Assembly: GCF_006345805.1 (NCBI RefSeq)
Contig: NC_043015.1
Location: forward strand, 42,036,001 to 42,100,000
Length of the DNA stretch: 64,000 bases
Direction: 5' to 3'
Origin: Octopus sinensis
Lineage: Eukaryota
The notes under the pieces were generated by a model. The model saw nothing but the letters and a program-made list of their open reading frames with translations. It was not told the origin of the DNA and ran no database searches. Position 1 is the first letter of the stretch, and each line of letters begins with the position of its first letter. Both the position numbers and the translations under genes were made by a program. Shown piece after piece: positions 1 through 13,224 of the stretch.

Positions 1-80
1 TTGCCTAAGGTGCCACGCAGAGGGCCTGAATCCGGAACCATGTTGTTGGGAAGCAAGCTTCTCATCACACAGCCACGCCT
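1..80 (-). mobile_element. SINE family A (tRNA head + CORE-like), 5' fragment
   Basis: Reverse complement matches the head of the complete copies at 20125-20515 and 35661-36080. Confidence 0.8.
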
Positions 81-670
81 ACATATATAAACATATATAA
101 ATACATACAAATGTTTCTGTGAACACCGGTGCAAACCGTTTTGTCTAGATTGTATACCTTTCTGTCATAAGTCAACAAAGTGATTTAAAAGACAGAGATC
201 AATAAAATATTGTGCTAGTGGAAAATAAGTACCAAAGCCGATATTATGAAGAATTTACTAAAATCCTTAAATTGTACGATCGGCAAAGATCGATAAATTG
301 TAAAGATAGGTTGAATTGATGAAACCTAGGTGAAGAAAGAAATATTGAAAAGACATATTGGTAAAATATATTGATATATCGATATACTATATTGACACAT
401 ATAATACTGGTGATAAAATATAATTCGAAATATTATTGGTAAAATGAAAAGAGGAAAGTGGTGATAGTGCAAGAGTGCATAAATAATAAGCATGATATAT
501 ACATATATACATACGTGTGTGTTTGTGTGTATGTGTGTGTATGTGTATGTGTTGTTGCTGATGCAGCTACTACCAGTTAAAAGCCCCGGATACCAGACGC
601 TATCAGGCTTATGGGGTCATCAGGAGAGAATGCCAGTTCAGGGCCTTCCTCTCGTTGAGATGAGTCTCCG

Positions 671-764
671 CTTACTAAATCACCTTCTTACTAAGCTTCA
701 CTTACTAAATCACCTTCTTACTAAGCTTCACTTACTAAATCACCTTCTTACTAAGCTTCACTTA
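671..764. repeat. 30-bp tandem repeat, about 3.1 copies
   Basis: CTTACTAAATCACCTTCTTACTAAGCTTCA repeated three times exactly. Confidence 0.95.
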
Positions 765-871
765 ATATTCATTTAGTTCATTTAGCTCATTGTCACTTCT
801 TAAGCAAATCGTGTGAATTACCTTCACTGTAGCCTGGATATCATTTCTAATGGTATTTGCATTGCGGGGGA

Positions 872-1745
872 GGAATGGGAGAAATTACTTCCTGGAAAAT
901 TCTGAAACCTCCTAGAGAATTCCAAGAAGGGAAGGAATTATTTCCTGGAAAGTTCCAAGCAGGGGGAGGATTTACTTCCTGGAAATTTGCAAAGAAGGGA
1001 GGAATTACTTCCTGGAAGGTTCCAAAGAAGGGGAAGAATTAATTCCTGAAATGTTCCGAGAAGGAGGGGAATTATTTCTGGAAAGATCCAAGTACGGGAT
1101 GAATTACTTCCTGGAAAGTTCCGAGGAGAGGGAGGAATTACTTCCTGAAAAGTTCCGAAAATTCTTGGAAAGTTCCGAGGTAGGGGAATTACTTCCTGAA
1201 CAGTTCCAAGGAGGGGAGGGATTCCTGGAAATTTGCGAGGAGAGTTCCTGGAAAGTTTCGAGGGATGGAGGAACTACTTCCTGGAAAGTTCCGAGGTGGG
1301 ATTACTTCCTGGAAATTTCTGAGGGGTGATTACTCCCTGCAAAGTTCCGACACTTCTTGGAATGTTCCGAGGTGAGTTCCAGGAAAATTCCGTGGAGGAG
1401 TTTTACTTCCTGGAAAGTTCCGAGGAAGGGGAGTAATTACTTTGTGGATAATTCCGAGACTTCCTGGAAAGTTCCTAGGAGGGGGAGAATCGCTTCCTAG
1501 ATAGAGCCGATGAGTGTTCCTCATAAGGATTACTTCCTAGAAAGTCCCAAGGAGTTATAGGAATTGCTTACTGGAAATTTCCAAGGAGAGGGATGAATAA
1601 CTTCCTGGAAATTTCAGAGGCTTCCTGGAAAGTTCCAAGGAGGGGGATGTATCACTTCCTGAAAAGTTCCGAGGAGGGTTCTTGGACAGTTTAGAGGACG
1701 GGAAGAAATTGCTTCATGGGGAGGAATTACTTGAAAGTTCCGAGA
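872..1745. repeat. Degenerate ~31-bp minisatellite (consensus GGAGGAATTACTTCCTGGAAAGTTCCGAGGA)
   Basis: Recurrent ACTTCCTGGAAAGTTCC cores separated by purine-rich spacers, roughly 25-28 units. Confidence 0.9.
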
Positions 1746-2029
1746 TGGTGGATAGATGAGTTCAATGGAGGATAGATGTATTTTTTCAAGTAACTTAGGC
1801 ATTCTAATTCGAGGTAACTTCGGTTAACCAACGAAAGGAGCATTTCCCACGATCTACTGGAAATAATTAATGTTTTAATTAATTATTTACTTATTTAATG
1901 ATTTTATTATATTTCATCTGTAGTAAATCAGATTGATAACGGAGAAAATATTAACGGAATAAAAATGTTCCTAATCATTTTATACATTAAAATATGTATT
2001 GAGTACTTGTTCTTCCGTTTATAAAATAA

Positions 2030-2120
2030 GACACGTGTATACGTATGTAAATGTGCGTGTATGCATTCAGAAATGTATACACTTACATACTCACTCTCTC
2101 TCTCATACACACACACTCTG

Positions 2121-2158
<38 letters not shown>

Positions 2159-2628
2159 GCATAGCATGATAGTTCGACAGACAGTCAGATTGATAGACGA
2201 TAGATGATACATACATATATACATACATACATACAGACGTATATAAATAGTGATATATAAAGACAGACAGACAGACAGACAGACAGACACATCTTTCACG
2301 TATGTGTGGGCAAGTATTGAAAATTAGCCATATTTATATAGAATTATTGTATGCATAATGTATATTTAATGTGCCTATATATCAGCATATATATGCATAT
2401 GAATGTGTAAATCTTTATATATGTATATAATTGTGCATTGGTTTATATGTGTGTATGCATGTGTGTACGCGCGCGCAATCTGTGTCTGTATAGCAAGCAT
2501 GTATAACGTATGCTTGAATATATATATATATACATATATATTTATGCGTACACATATATATATATATATACATGCATATATACGTACCTATATATACATA
2601 CATATATATATATACATATATATACATA

Positions 2629-2669
<41 letters not shown>

Positions 2670-3613
2670 TGTATATATATGCACATATGTGTATATATAT
2701 GGAAAATGAGAGGGTGAGAAAGAGGAAGGGTAGAGGGATACAGCTACAGATATAGATGTCGATATTCTTATGGATAGAGAAAAATCTATCCATTTATTAA
2801 AATATATGTAAATAGTGTCTCTTCTGCGGATTAATATATACATATTTAAACATACATAATCTCCTCCATCACCCCCTCTCTCTCGCTCACTCTAAATATA
2901 TATCTAAATACATACATGCATATTACAGACACACACTCATATATATATATATAATATATATATAATATATATATAGCCATATCATGAAGTTGTACGCAGA
3001 AATCCGCGCGGTTCATGAGACGGAGTAGGACAGATTTTATATTAACTTTCTTGAATGTAGATAATTAGTCATTTATTCTCTACCGAAATATAAAGACCGG
3101 CTACTTGATGTATACATGTGTGTATATATATATATATATCGGTGAGTGAGAGTGTGAGTGCGTGTGCGCGTGTTTGTCTGTGTGTTGGGTGTGTGAGTGT
3201 GAATGTGTGTTTTGCGTGAATGCCTGTGTATGGGAGTAACTGTGTGCGCTTGTTTATAGGCATGTGTGTATATGCTTTTAGTATTATGTGTGTACTTTGG
3301 CTTACTTATAGCTACGTATGTAAATATATTGATGTTCACACACACACACACACACACATACATATATATATGTACATATATGTGTGTGTGTGCGTGTACA
3401 TATATATATATAATGGTATACATATGTATGCATGTATGTATACACACCTCCACACATAAAATATATCTAATCGTGTGTGTTTCCATACATGTGTGTATAA
3501 GAGTATGTGTTTACATACACACACACACATATACGTATGTACATATGAGTCTAAAAGTATATATATATATACATACATACATTGATATGTACATTTTCAA
3601 GGATATGTATATT

Positions 3614-3663
<50 letters not shown>

Positions 3664-3697
3664 CATATACAATTTTATCTAAATTTGACTATATGTT

Positions 3698-3728
<31 letters not shown>

Positions 3729-4568
3729 ATGTGTGTGTGTGTGTATATATATATGCATATATATATATATGTGTGCATATATATACATACATATATATAT
3801 ATATATAAATATATACATATATATATATAAATATGTATATGCATGTATATATATATACATTAGTATGTATGCCTGCATGCATGTATGTGATTTACATGTG
3901 AATACCAACGAAAGAATATGCGGCGTTTACGTACATGTTTGTTTTGCGTAAGTTTTCATACTTGCATTTTTGTGTACGCGCATGCACGTGTTAATACGCG
4001 TGTATAACATCGTGACAACATACGGGTAGCAAGCACCTACTCGTGTACATATATGTAAGTGTGTGATTCAGTGTCTATGTACACCAGAATGTATGTATGC
4101 ACTTAGGTTTTGTACATACATATGTGTATGCTATGTAAGTCCGATAAATCTTGTATTCGTGCATGCAAGGGTGTCTCTAATTTTGCATATGTGAAAATAA
4201 TTATGTATATTATATTACGGATGAATATATGTCTGTGCGTATGTCAGTACGTGTGTAGTGGTGCGCGCACGCGTGTTGTTTCTAGAGTGTGTGAACTAAT
4301 ATTTATTTCATACATATATGCGTATGTGATTGAACGTGTTTTCTCATACACTTGTTCGCACATATGTTTGTAGATATATCCATATGCACGTGCGTGCGTT
4401 GTGCGCGCGTCTGTTAGGGATTGTAAATTCATGCGTTATTTGTGTCTACAAGTATATGTATGTGTATAGGTATTTCTATATGTATATAAGTGTGTATGTG
4501 TATATATATATGTATGTGGGTCTCTCTCTATATATATGTATGTATATATATGTGTAATTACGAATCTG

Positions 4569-4655
<87 letters not shown>

Positions 4656-4740
4656 GTATTAGTAAGAATCTCCGTATATATGCGTAGTGTGTGCGCACGC
4701 GCGTGCGTATTTTTGCATTAGATTTTTATATGATGTATAT
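2030..4740. repeat. Compound (AT)n/(AC)n/(GT)n microsatellite field
   Basis: Direct reading; the ORFs here are IYIY/CVCV artefacts. Confidence 0.95.
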
Positions 4741-5281
4741 TAATTAATGAGTGAATTAATGGATGCATACGTGTATGTTGGTTACTATATATGTCGATAT
4801 TAAATGTTACATCTGTACAAGATGACATGTATGCCGGGGGTACCCTTATATTGGATTACAACTCCTTATTTTAAAGAACCCTCTTTCAAGACTGATCTAG
4901 ATGTCCTACAGTTATCTATAACTGAACTCAGGGCATAGAGAATCATTACTGAATCTAATAGCAGCTTGAAACTAGCAGTCACCTAAGCTGTAGGTACTTG
5001 TCCATAGTCATTCTTTTCTACGAAATTTTTTCACGATGTATATATGGAAGTAGATATTTCGGTGCATAATAAACTCGAGCGGCACCGTACCTTCACTAAC
5101 CGGCAGTAAACTGCGGAAATAATATTGCCGGATTCTCAAGTTGTCGAAGAATACTAGTGCTGACAAATGTCTTGCGATCTTTGATGACATTAAAGATTTG
5201 TCCGTTTATCGTCAATTTGTTTCGTTATATCCAACTTTCTTTTACTAAAAACCGTAAAAGTTCGACGTTTATACACCGACA

Positions 5282-5520
5282 TAGGCGTGGCTCTGTGTTA
5301 AGAAGCTTGCTTCCTAAGCACATTGCTGCAGGTTCAATACCTCTGCGTGACACCTTGAGCAAGTGCTTTCTAATATTGCGTAGGGTCGACGAAATCCTTG
5401 CACATGGATTTGCTAGACGGAAACTGAAAGAAGCGCGTCATATGTGTGTGTATGTGTGTCTTCATGTGTGTGTTTCTCCTAAACTACCGCATGACAACTG
5501 GTCCTAGTGTGGTTAAATTT
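5282..5520 (+). mobile_element. SINE family A, degenerate, 3'-truncated
   Basis: tRNA-like head, CACCTTGAGCAAGTG core and GACGGAAACTGAAAGAAGC landmark. Confidence 0.8.
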
Positions 5521-8500
5521 GTGTGTGCGCGAATATGTTTGTGCACGGGTGTGTGTGCGAGTATGTGTGTGTGTAGGCGGATGTGTGTGTGTGCTCGTAT
5601 AGGTGTGTGTGCGCGCGTATTTATGTTTGCGCGCATGTTTGTGTGCCCGCATGTGTGTGTGCGTACGCATGTACGTGTGCGCGGATGTGTGTGTGGTTGC
5701 TTGCGTGTGTACGAATGTGTGTGTGCGCGGATGTCTGTGTGCATGTGTGTGCCCGTAGATGTGTGTTTGTGTGTCCATGTGTGTATGCGAACGCATTTCT
5801 TTGCTTATTTTTGTGTAAGAGCATTTCTGTGTTCGCATGTAATACACGCACACGTGTGTGTGCGCATCTGTGTGCGCGTATGTGTATGTGCATGGATGTG
5901 TGTGTGCGCCATGCGTGTGTGTGTACATGAGAATGTGGGAGGATATCTGGGTGCACGGATGATTTGTGCGCGGATGTATGTGTGCACGGATATATGCGCG
6001 GATGTGTGTACGCAAATGTGTGTGTGTGCGTAAGTGTGTGTCTGTGCAGATGTATGTGCGCACCAGTTTGTGTGTCTGCGCATTGATGTGTGAGCGCAAA
6101 TGTGTGTACGCGCATGTGGGCGCATGGATGTGTGTGTTCATGTGTGTGCAGGAATTTATTTGTGCGCGCATTTCTGCGTGCGATCATGCGTGTGTACACA
6201 CATCTGTGTGTGTGCGGGTGTTTTGTGCGCAGATGTACGTGTGCGCTTATGTGTGTGCGTGAATGTGTGTATGCGCGGGGCGGGTGTCCGCGCAGATGTG
6301 CGTGCGTGTGTATGTGTGTGTGTGTGTGTGCACGGACGTGTGTGACAGCAGATATCTGTGCGTAGATGTGTATGTGCAAATGTTTCTGCGTGCACCCATG
6401 TGAGTGTCCGTGCAGCTGTGTGCGGCCTGTTTCTATGCGCACTTGTGTGTGTGCTTGGACGTGTGTGTGTGCACATTTTTTGCGTATGCACATTTGTGCG
6501 TGCGCTCAGGTTTTACACCGCGCGATTCTATGTGCGCGTATTTCAGAGTGTGCGCAGTTCTGTGTGCGCTCATTTCTCTGTGCATGCATTTCTGTGTACG
6601 TGCAATTTTACGTGCGAACATTTCTGTGTGCGCGTGTTTCTGTGGGTACAAATTTCTTAAAGCCCGCGATTATATGTGAGCGCAATTCAGTGCTCGCAGT
6701 TCTATGTGCGCACATTTTTGGGTAAGCACATTTCTGTGTGCGCAAATTTTGTGTAGGCGCACTTCTGTGTGCGCACATTTCTTACAGCCCGCGATTATAT
6801 ATGCGTGCAATTCAGAGTTCGTGCATTTATGTGTGCGCAAGTTTCTCTGTACAGTCATTCTGTGTGTGGTCAATTCTGTGTGTGTGCGCTCATTTCTCTG
6901 TGCAAGTATTTCTGTATGCGCGCAATTCTATGTGAGCACAATTTTTTTGCGCACATTTTTTTGTGCGCATATTTCTTTGTGCGCACATTTTCTGTGGGCG
7001 CATTTTTGTTTGCGCTCATTTTTTGTGTGCGCGTATTTCTGTTTGCGCTCAGTTTTACACTCTGTTTTACACATAGGTGCGCTGATTTCAGTGTGTGCCC
7101 TGTTCTGTGTGCGCTCATTTCTCCGTGCAAGCATTTTAGAGTGCGCGGATTTCTGTGTGCGCACATTTTTTCGGGTGCGTATTTCTGTATGCACCTTTTT
7201 TACAGCCCGCAATTATATGTAACCGCAATTCAGAGTGCGCGCAGTTTTCTGTGCGCTAAATTCACAGTGCACGGAATTCTGCGTGCGCGCAATTCTATGT
7301 GCACACATGTTTTGGCGCGCACATTTCTTTGCGCGTGCATTTCTGTTTATGCACATATTTCTGTGTGCGCGCATTTCTATATATGCACATATTTGGGTAC
7401 GCGCATTTCAGTGTGCGCACATTTCTTACAGCCCACGGTTATACGTGCGCATTTCTGTGCACGCGCATTTCTGTGCACGTATTGTGTGCGGGCATTTCTA
7501 TGTGCGCACATTTCAGATTACGCGCTTTTTTGTGTGTGCTCATTTCTCTGTGCACGCGTTTCTGTGTGCGCGCAATTTTATGTACACACACTTCTTTGTG
7601 CCCACATATCTTTGTGCGCGCAATTCTGTGTGCGCACGTTTTGTGTGCACGCGGATATGTTTCTGGTTGTAATGTGTGTGCATGTTTATGTAGGCCTATT
7701 CTTTTTAGGATCAATTCTGTGCCTGCGTAGGTGTTTTGTACGCAAATGTATGTGTACGTGATTTGGGTGCGCGGATGTGTGTATTTGTGGGTCTATTTGC
7801 GAACATATATGTCTAACCGAGAATGCGCATGATTGGTTGTGTGTGTGATATCATTTCACTGTGCGCGTAATTCTGTGTGCACGATATTTCTGTGTACGCG
7901 CAGTTCAGTGTGCGCATTTGTCTGTGCGCTCATCTTTCTGTACTTGCAATTATGTGTTCTTGCATTTCGGTGTCCACGAATTAATGTATGCCCGCGGATG
8001 TATATTAACGCGGATGTACTTGCACGCGGAAGTGATTGCGCAACTTTATGCGCACACAAGTTTTTCTTTGCGAGCCCAAAGAAAATGTGCGCACATAGAA
8101 TTGCGCGCACACACAAATGAGTGGGCAAAGAAATGATCGCACAAAAAATTGCTTTCACAGAGAAATCCCACAGAGAAAAATTCGCGCACTACACAAATAT
8201 CACACAGAAATGTCTATGCGTGGGTGTGTGTGCGAAAAAGTATGTGTAATCGTGAATGTGTGTATCCACGCATTTCTCGGTTGGCGCATTCTGTGTGCGG
8301 CATTTCTGTGTGTGTACATTTCTTTCTGTTTGCGTCCGTGATGCTTCGGTGCATATTTCACTGTGCTCATAATTTACTGTACGCACGTTTCTCTTTGCGA
8401 AGTTCTCTGTGCGGCGAGCTGGCAGAACCGTTAGCACACCGGGCGAAATGCGTAGCCGTATTTCGTCTGCCATTATGTTCTGAGTTCAAATTCCGCCGAG

Positions 8501-10160
8501 GTCGACTTTGCCTTTCATCCTTTCGGGGTCGATAAATTAAGTACCATTTACGCACTGGGGTCGATGTAATCGACTTAATCCGTTTGTCTGTCCTTGTTTG
8601 TCACCTCTGTGTTTAGCCCCTTGTGGGTAGTAAAGAAATAGGTATTTCTCTGTGAACGCATTTCCATGTGCGCGGATATTTGTGCACACCCATTTCTGAG
8701 TGCGGACATTACTTTGTGAGCATGTTTTTGTGTGCGTGCATTTTTGTGTGATCGCATTTTTCTGTGTACGCATTTTCTGTGAGCTCATTCCTGTGTGCAC
8801 GGGCATATCTGTGTGCACACATTTCTTCCTGCGCGAATTTTAATGTGTGCGCAATATTTAGTGCGCACATTTTCTTCTGTGCACTTTTTTCTGTGCGCGC
8901 AATATTGTGTGCATGCTATTCTGTGTGCGCACAATTCTTTCTGCGTGCGTTTCCGTGTGCGTATTCGCGTATTTTTATGTGCGCGCATTTTATTGTGTGC
9001 GTATTTTGTGTGCGCACAAATATGCGTTAGCGCCTATTCGTGTGCGCACATTGTTGTGTGCGCGCAATAATGTGTGCACACATTTCTCTGTGCGCACATT
9101 TCTGTGTGCGAATTTCAGAGTGCGCGCAATTCTTTGTGCGCGAATTTCTGTGTGCGCACATTTTGCGTGGGCGCATTTTTCTGTGCGCACATTTTCGTGA
9201 GCGCGAATTTTTGTGTTCGCGTATTTCTATGTGCACGTATTGAGAGTGCGCACTGTTCTGTGTGAGCTTATTTCTCTGTAGAAGCATTTCTGTTTGTGCG
9301 CACATTTTTTCTGTGCATATTTCTTTGTGTACTCGCATTTTTGTGTGGGCGCATTTCTGTGAGCGCGCATTGCTTTGTGCGCACATTTCTTACTGACTGC
9401 GCCATTATGTGTGCGCTCATTTCCTGTGCATGCATTTCTGTGTGCATGCATTTCTGTGTGCGTACATTTTTTGTGCGCAAATTTCTGTGTGCGCACAATT
9501 TTGTGTGTGCGCATATCTGTTTGCATACATTTATTACAGCCTGTGATTATATGTGAGCGCAATTCTATCTACGCACATTTTTTGTGCTTGCATTTCTGTG
9601 TGCGCTCATTTCTCTGTGCAAGCATTTCTGTGTGCGAGCAATTCTATCTGCGCACATTTTTTGTGCTTGCATTTCTGTGTGCGCTCATTTCTCTGTGCAA
9701 GCATTTCTGTGTGCGAGCAATTCTATCTGCGCACAAAATATGCACACATTTTTTGTGCTTGCATTTCTGTGTGCGCTCATTTCTCCGTGCAAGCATTTCT
9801 GTGTGCGAGCAATTCTATATGCGCACCAAAAAAATATGCGCACATTTTTGCGCTTGCATTTCTGTGTACGCTCATTTCTCTGCGCAAGCATTTCTCTATG
9901 CAAGCATTTCTATCTGCGCACATTTTTTGTGCTTGCATTTCTATGTGCGCACATTTTGTGTGGGCACATTTTGTGTGCGCACATTATTCGTGAGTGCGCA
10001 TTTTTGTGTCCACGCATTTATATGTGCACGTCTTTAAGAGTGCGCAAAGTTCTGTGTGTACTCATCTCTCTGTATAAGCATTTCTGGGTGTGCACATTTT
10101 TTATGCGCAAATTTCTTTGCTCGCACGCATTTTTGTGTGGGCGCATTCCTTTGTGCACTC
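5520..10160. repeat. GT/GC-rich satellite with ~16-bp monomer (GCATTTCTGTGTGCGC-like) and a local 79-bp higher-order repeat
   Basis: Monomer recurs throughout; AATTCTATCT recurs at 9561, 9640 and 9719. Confidence 0.9.
8413..8645 (+). mobile_element. SINE family B (tRNA head + Meta/MESC-like central domain)
   Basis: GGCGAGCTGGCAGAA...GAGTTCAAATTCC head and GTCGACTTTGCCTTTCATCCTTTCGGGGTCGATAAATTAAGTACC domain. TTCTCTGTG flanks both sides (8403-8411, 8646-8654) but is also a satellite motif. Domain name is from recall. Confidence 0.85.
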
Positions 10161-10164
10161 CTTT

Positions 10165-10320
10165 CAATTTCCGTCTCCCATATATCCACTCACAACAAGG
10201 GTTTCGTCGGCTCGGGGCTATGGTAGAAAAGACCTATGCAAGGCACTATAGAGGGACTTTATCAGGAGCCGTGCGGTTGAGAAGGAAGCGTCTTACCAGG
10301 CACTCACGCATACGTAAATA
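10165..10320 (-). mobile_element. SINE family A, 5' half, degenerate
   Basis: Reverse-complement similarity to the family A head and core. Confidence 0.7.
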
Positions 10321-10624
10321 CACACACTCACATGAACTCGCAAACAAACGCATACAAATGGCTGGCGTTATATATTTCAGCTTCATTGGCTAAAAGAGGG
10401 AGACCAAGAATGTATTACAAAATGGAAGAAAAAAAATGTAACACCTAGAACCCCGAAAAAATAAAACAATACAAAAATGTATTCAAAGTTAGAGGAAAAA
10501 AATGAGTAAAAGTAACTTAATGAAAGTTAGAACATAAAATACACAAACGAATGTCGGACGATAAAAGATAGCAACAGTATAAGAGGAGATAATAGTGAAA
10601 TAGAAGTCTACTTACACGTAAACA

Positions 10625-10631
10625 ATATATA

Positions 10632-10687
<56 letters not shown>

Positions 10688-11610
10688 ATGCATATATTCA
10701 TATATATATATATATAAATATATATATATGCATATATTCATATATATATATATATTATATATATATATATATATACACACATATATATATATATATGCAT
10801 ATATTATATGTATATACGCATATACACAAATACACATATATATATATATGTATTTGTGTATGTACGTATATACATATATATACATACATATGCATGTATA
10901 TAAGTATATATGCCTTTATCAATATATATTTTAGCATACATATATATATATATATATATATATAGGTATACTGATACACAGACACGTGATTACAAACATA
11001 TGAGTAAGCATACATACATACACACATACACACATATATGTATGTATATTTATGTTTGTATGTATATATACATATATATATATGTATATCTATATTCATA
11101 TATATATGTATATACATGGATATATGAATATATATATATGTATATATATATATGTTATATATATATATACATAGATATATGCATATGCATTCATACACAA
11201 ACGCATAGACGAATATATATGAATTTGCATATATACGCATATGTACGTACACACACATATATGTGTATGTGCATAGATATATATAACAATATGTGTATTC
11301 ATATATATATATATATATTATGTATGTATGTATGTATGTATGTATGTATGTATGTATGTATGTATGTATGTATGTATGTATACATATGTAGGACAATGAA
11401 AGACAAGTCAGTTCAGTGTGCGTCTACGTTCATTTAGGTCTATTCACAATAAGAAGGCAATGGTATTGGAAACGAGAGATGCTTAAAGTGGAGGAGGAGA
11501 TAGCAATGACACAGTGGCTTACTGCTTTCTTCTTGCAACTAGTCTCACTAAACCATTTTTTGAGTGTCGCCGTACTCATACTCATAGATTCTCTTTTATA
11601 GTCCAAACGA

Positions 11611-11656
<46 letters not shown>

Positions 11657-12320
11657 ATGCTTATATATATGTGTGTATATATAAAGATATATGTATATAT
11701 ATATATAGACGTGTGTATATATATATGTATATATTATATATGTGTGTGTGTGTTTCTGTGTGTGTGAATGTCTGTATACATGCCCACACATACGCAGATA
11801 TGCATATACACGTACGTATTATATATAATATATAGATATATGGTCTCATATTTATACTTACAATACACACATACATTCACACACACATATATACATACAT
11901 ACATACATACATATACATATACATATGCATACATATATGTGAGTGCATATGTGTGTGTTTGTGTGTATGCATGATGTATGTATGATGTATGTAATATGTG
12001 TGTTGCAATGTTATACATTATATGTATATATGGATGTTATGTATAACATATATAGAAAGTATATGTATGGCATAGTTAAGTAATGTGTTCATTGATGGCT
12101 AATGGCTTGGATATGGTGCTGAAGAAGGAGAAATAACTCCGAAAATGTGCATATGCACCCATCACCTGTCTTTGTGCCTACGATCGCATCATTTGCATAA
12201 GCATATTCGTATCTGAAATGTCGTAACTTTCATGTATATATATGTATTTATATATATGTGTGTATATGTAAGTATGTATGTATGTGTGTGTGTCTGCGTA
12301 AGTATGTATGTATGTTTATT
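10625..12320. repeat. Compound (AT)n/(ATAC)n/(GT)n microsatellite field
   Basis: Direct reading. Confidence 0.9.
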
Positions 12321-12329
12321 TGTAAAAAA

Positions 12330-12790
12330 ACCGTGAAAGATTCACGAGGGTTTGTCTCAGACAATGACAGAGTTTCCCTGTGATGTGATTAGCCTGGTAC
12401 GGTTTCGATCTGGTGTTAGAATACGTGGCGCTCATCGAGCAGAAACGTTCGCCATGCCATGTTCATTGTGCAGAACATTCTCAACTTTCTCACCGAATAT
12501 GGTAAGAGCATTGCATATCTGATTCATAGTCAATCTTTAGTCATCCATCATCTTGTGGGGAACACCGTCAATGCCTTCTTTGGCGCTGACAGCTGCAGGA
12601 CGTCGGAACCTTGGATCATCTTCAGGATTAACTCTTATCCTCCTAAATTCAGCTGTCTACTTTCGCACAGCTGTAAATATAGACCATCGTTCCTTAATGC
12701 AGCCAGCATGTTAACATGAATGTTCTTATGGGCCAAACCCTTTTTCTTCAGGTCCTTGATTAATACAGCTAAGCGAAATTTTGTCATTTT
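12330..12790 (-). mobile_element. Mariner transposase N-terminal (HTH) relic
   Basis: Frameshifted translation KKGLAHKNIH... and RETLSLSETNPRESF resembles a mariner N-terminus through the WVPRLL region. Confidence 0.6.
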
Positions 12791-12814
12791 ATATATATGA
12801 GTGTGTATATGTTT

Positions 12815-13032
12815 GCGTGTCTATGTCTGTCTCCCCGCAACATTGCTTGGCAACCAATGCTGGTGTGTTTACGTCCCTGTAACTTAGCGGTTCGGCAAAA
12901 GAGACCGATAGAATAAGTACTAGGCTTACAAAGAATAAGTCCTGGGGTCGATTTTCTCGGCTAAAGGCGGTGCTCCAGTATGGCCGCAGTCAAATGACTG
13001 AAACAAGTAAAAAAGCAAAAGAGTAAAAAGAG
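12815..13032 (+). mobile_element. SINE family A, 3' half
   Basis: GTAACTTAGCGGTTCGGCAAAAGAGACCGATAGAATAAGTACT...GGCGGTGCTCCAGTATGGCCGCAGTCAAATGACTGAAAC. Confidence 0.9.
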
Positions 13033-13224
13033 ATGGTTTCCAGTCCACCGTGTTAGCAAAAGTTTTCTCTGCTACATCTTTAATCTTAATGCTCTACAAC
13101 GCCGTTGACTGTTCACAATTGCATCAATATGCTCCTGAAAATAATAGAAGACATCAAAACACTGTCAAAGTTTATCCGAGCATCATGAAAATATATGTGT
13201 CTGTGCTTTTTTGCTTGTGTTTAT

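Noticed and set aside
590-635. Minus-strand CTGATGA followed by CCCC...GGGG
   Set aside because: No GAAA or helix III follows, so it is not a hammerhead.
872-1745. CRISPR-like repeat-spacer appearance
   Set aside because: Units are degenerate tandem repeats without unique spacers, there are no cas genes, and the context is eukaryotic.
8413-8500. tRNA-like sequences at SINE heads
   Set aside because: They lack a complete cloverleaf and run into SINE bodies, so they are not tRNA genes.
1928-12018. Dozens of long ORFs (IYIY, CVCV, HTHT)
   Set aside because: Translations of dinucleotide and satellite repeats that lack stops by composition.
12385-12440. CTCGATGA...GAAACCGTA on the minus strand
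   Set aside because: Lies within the mariner coding relic, the core has an insertion, and the stems do not pair.
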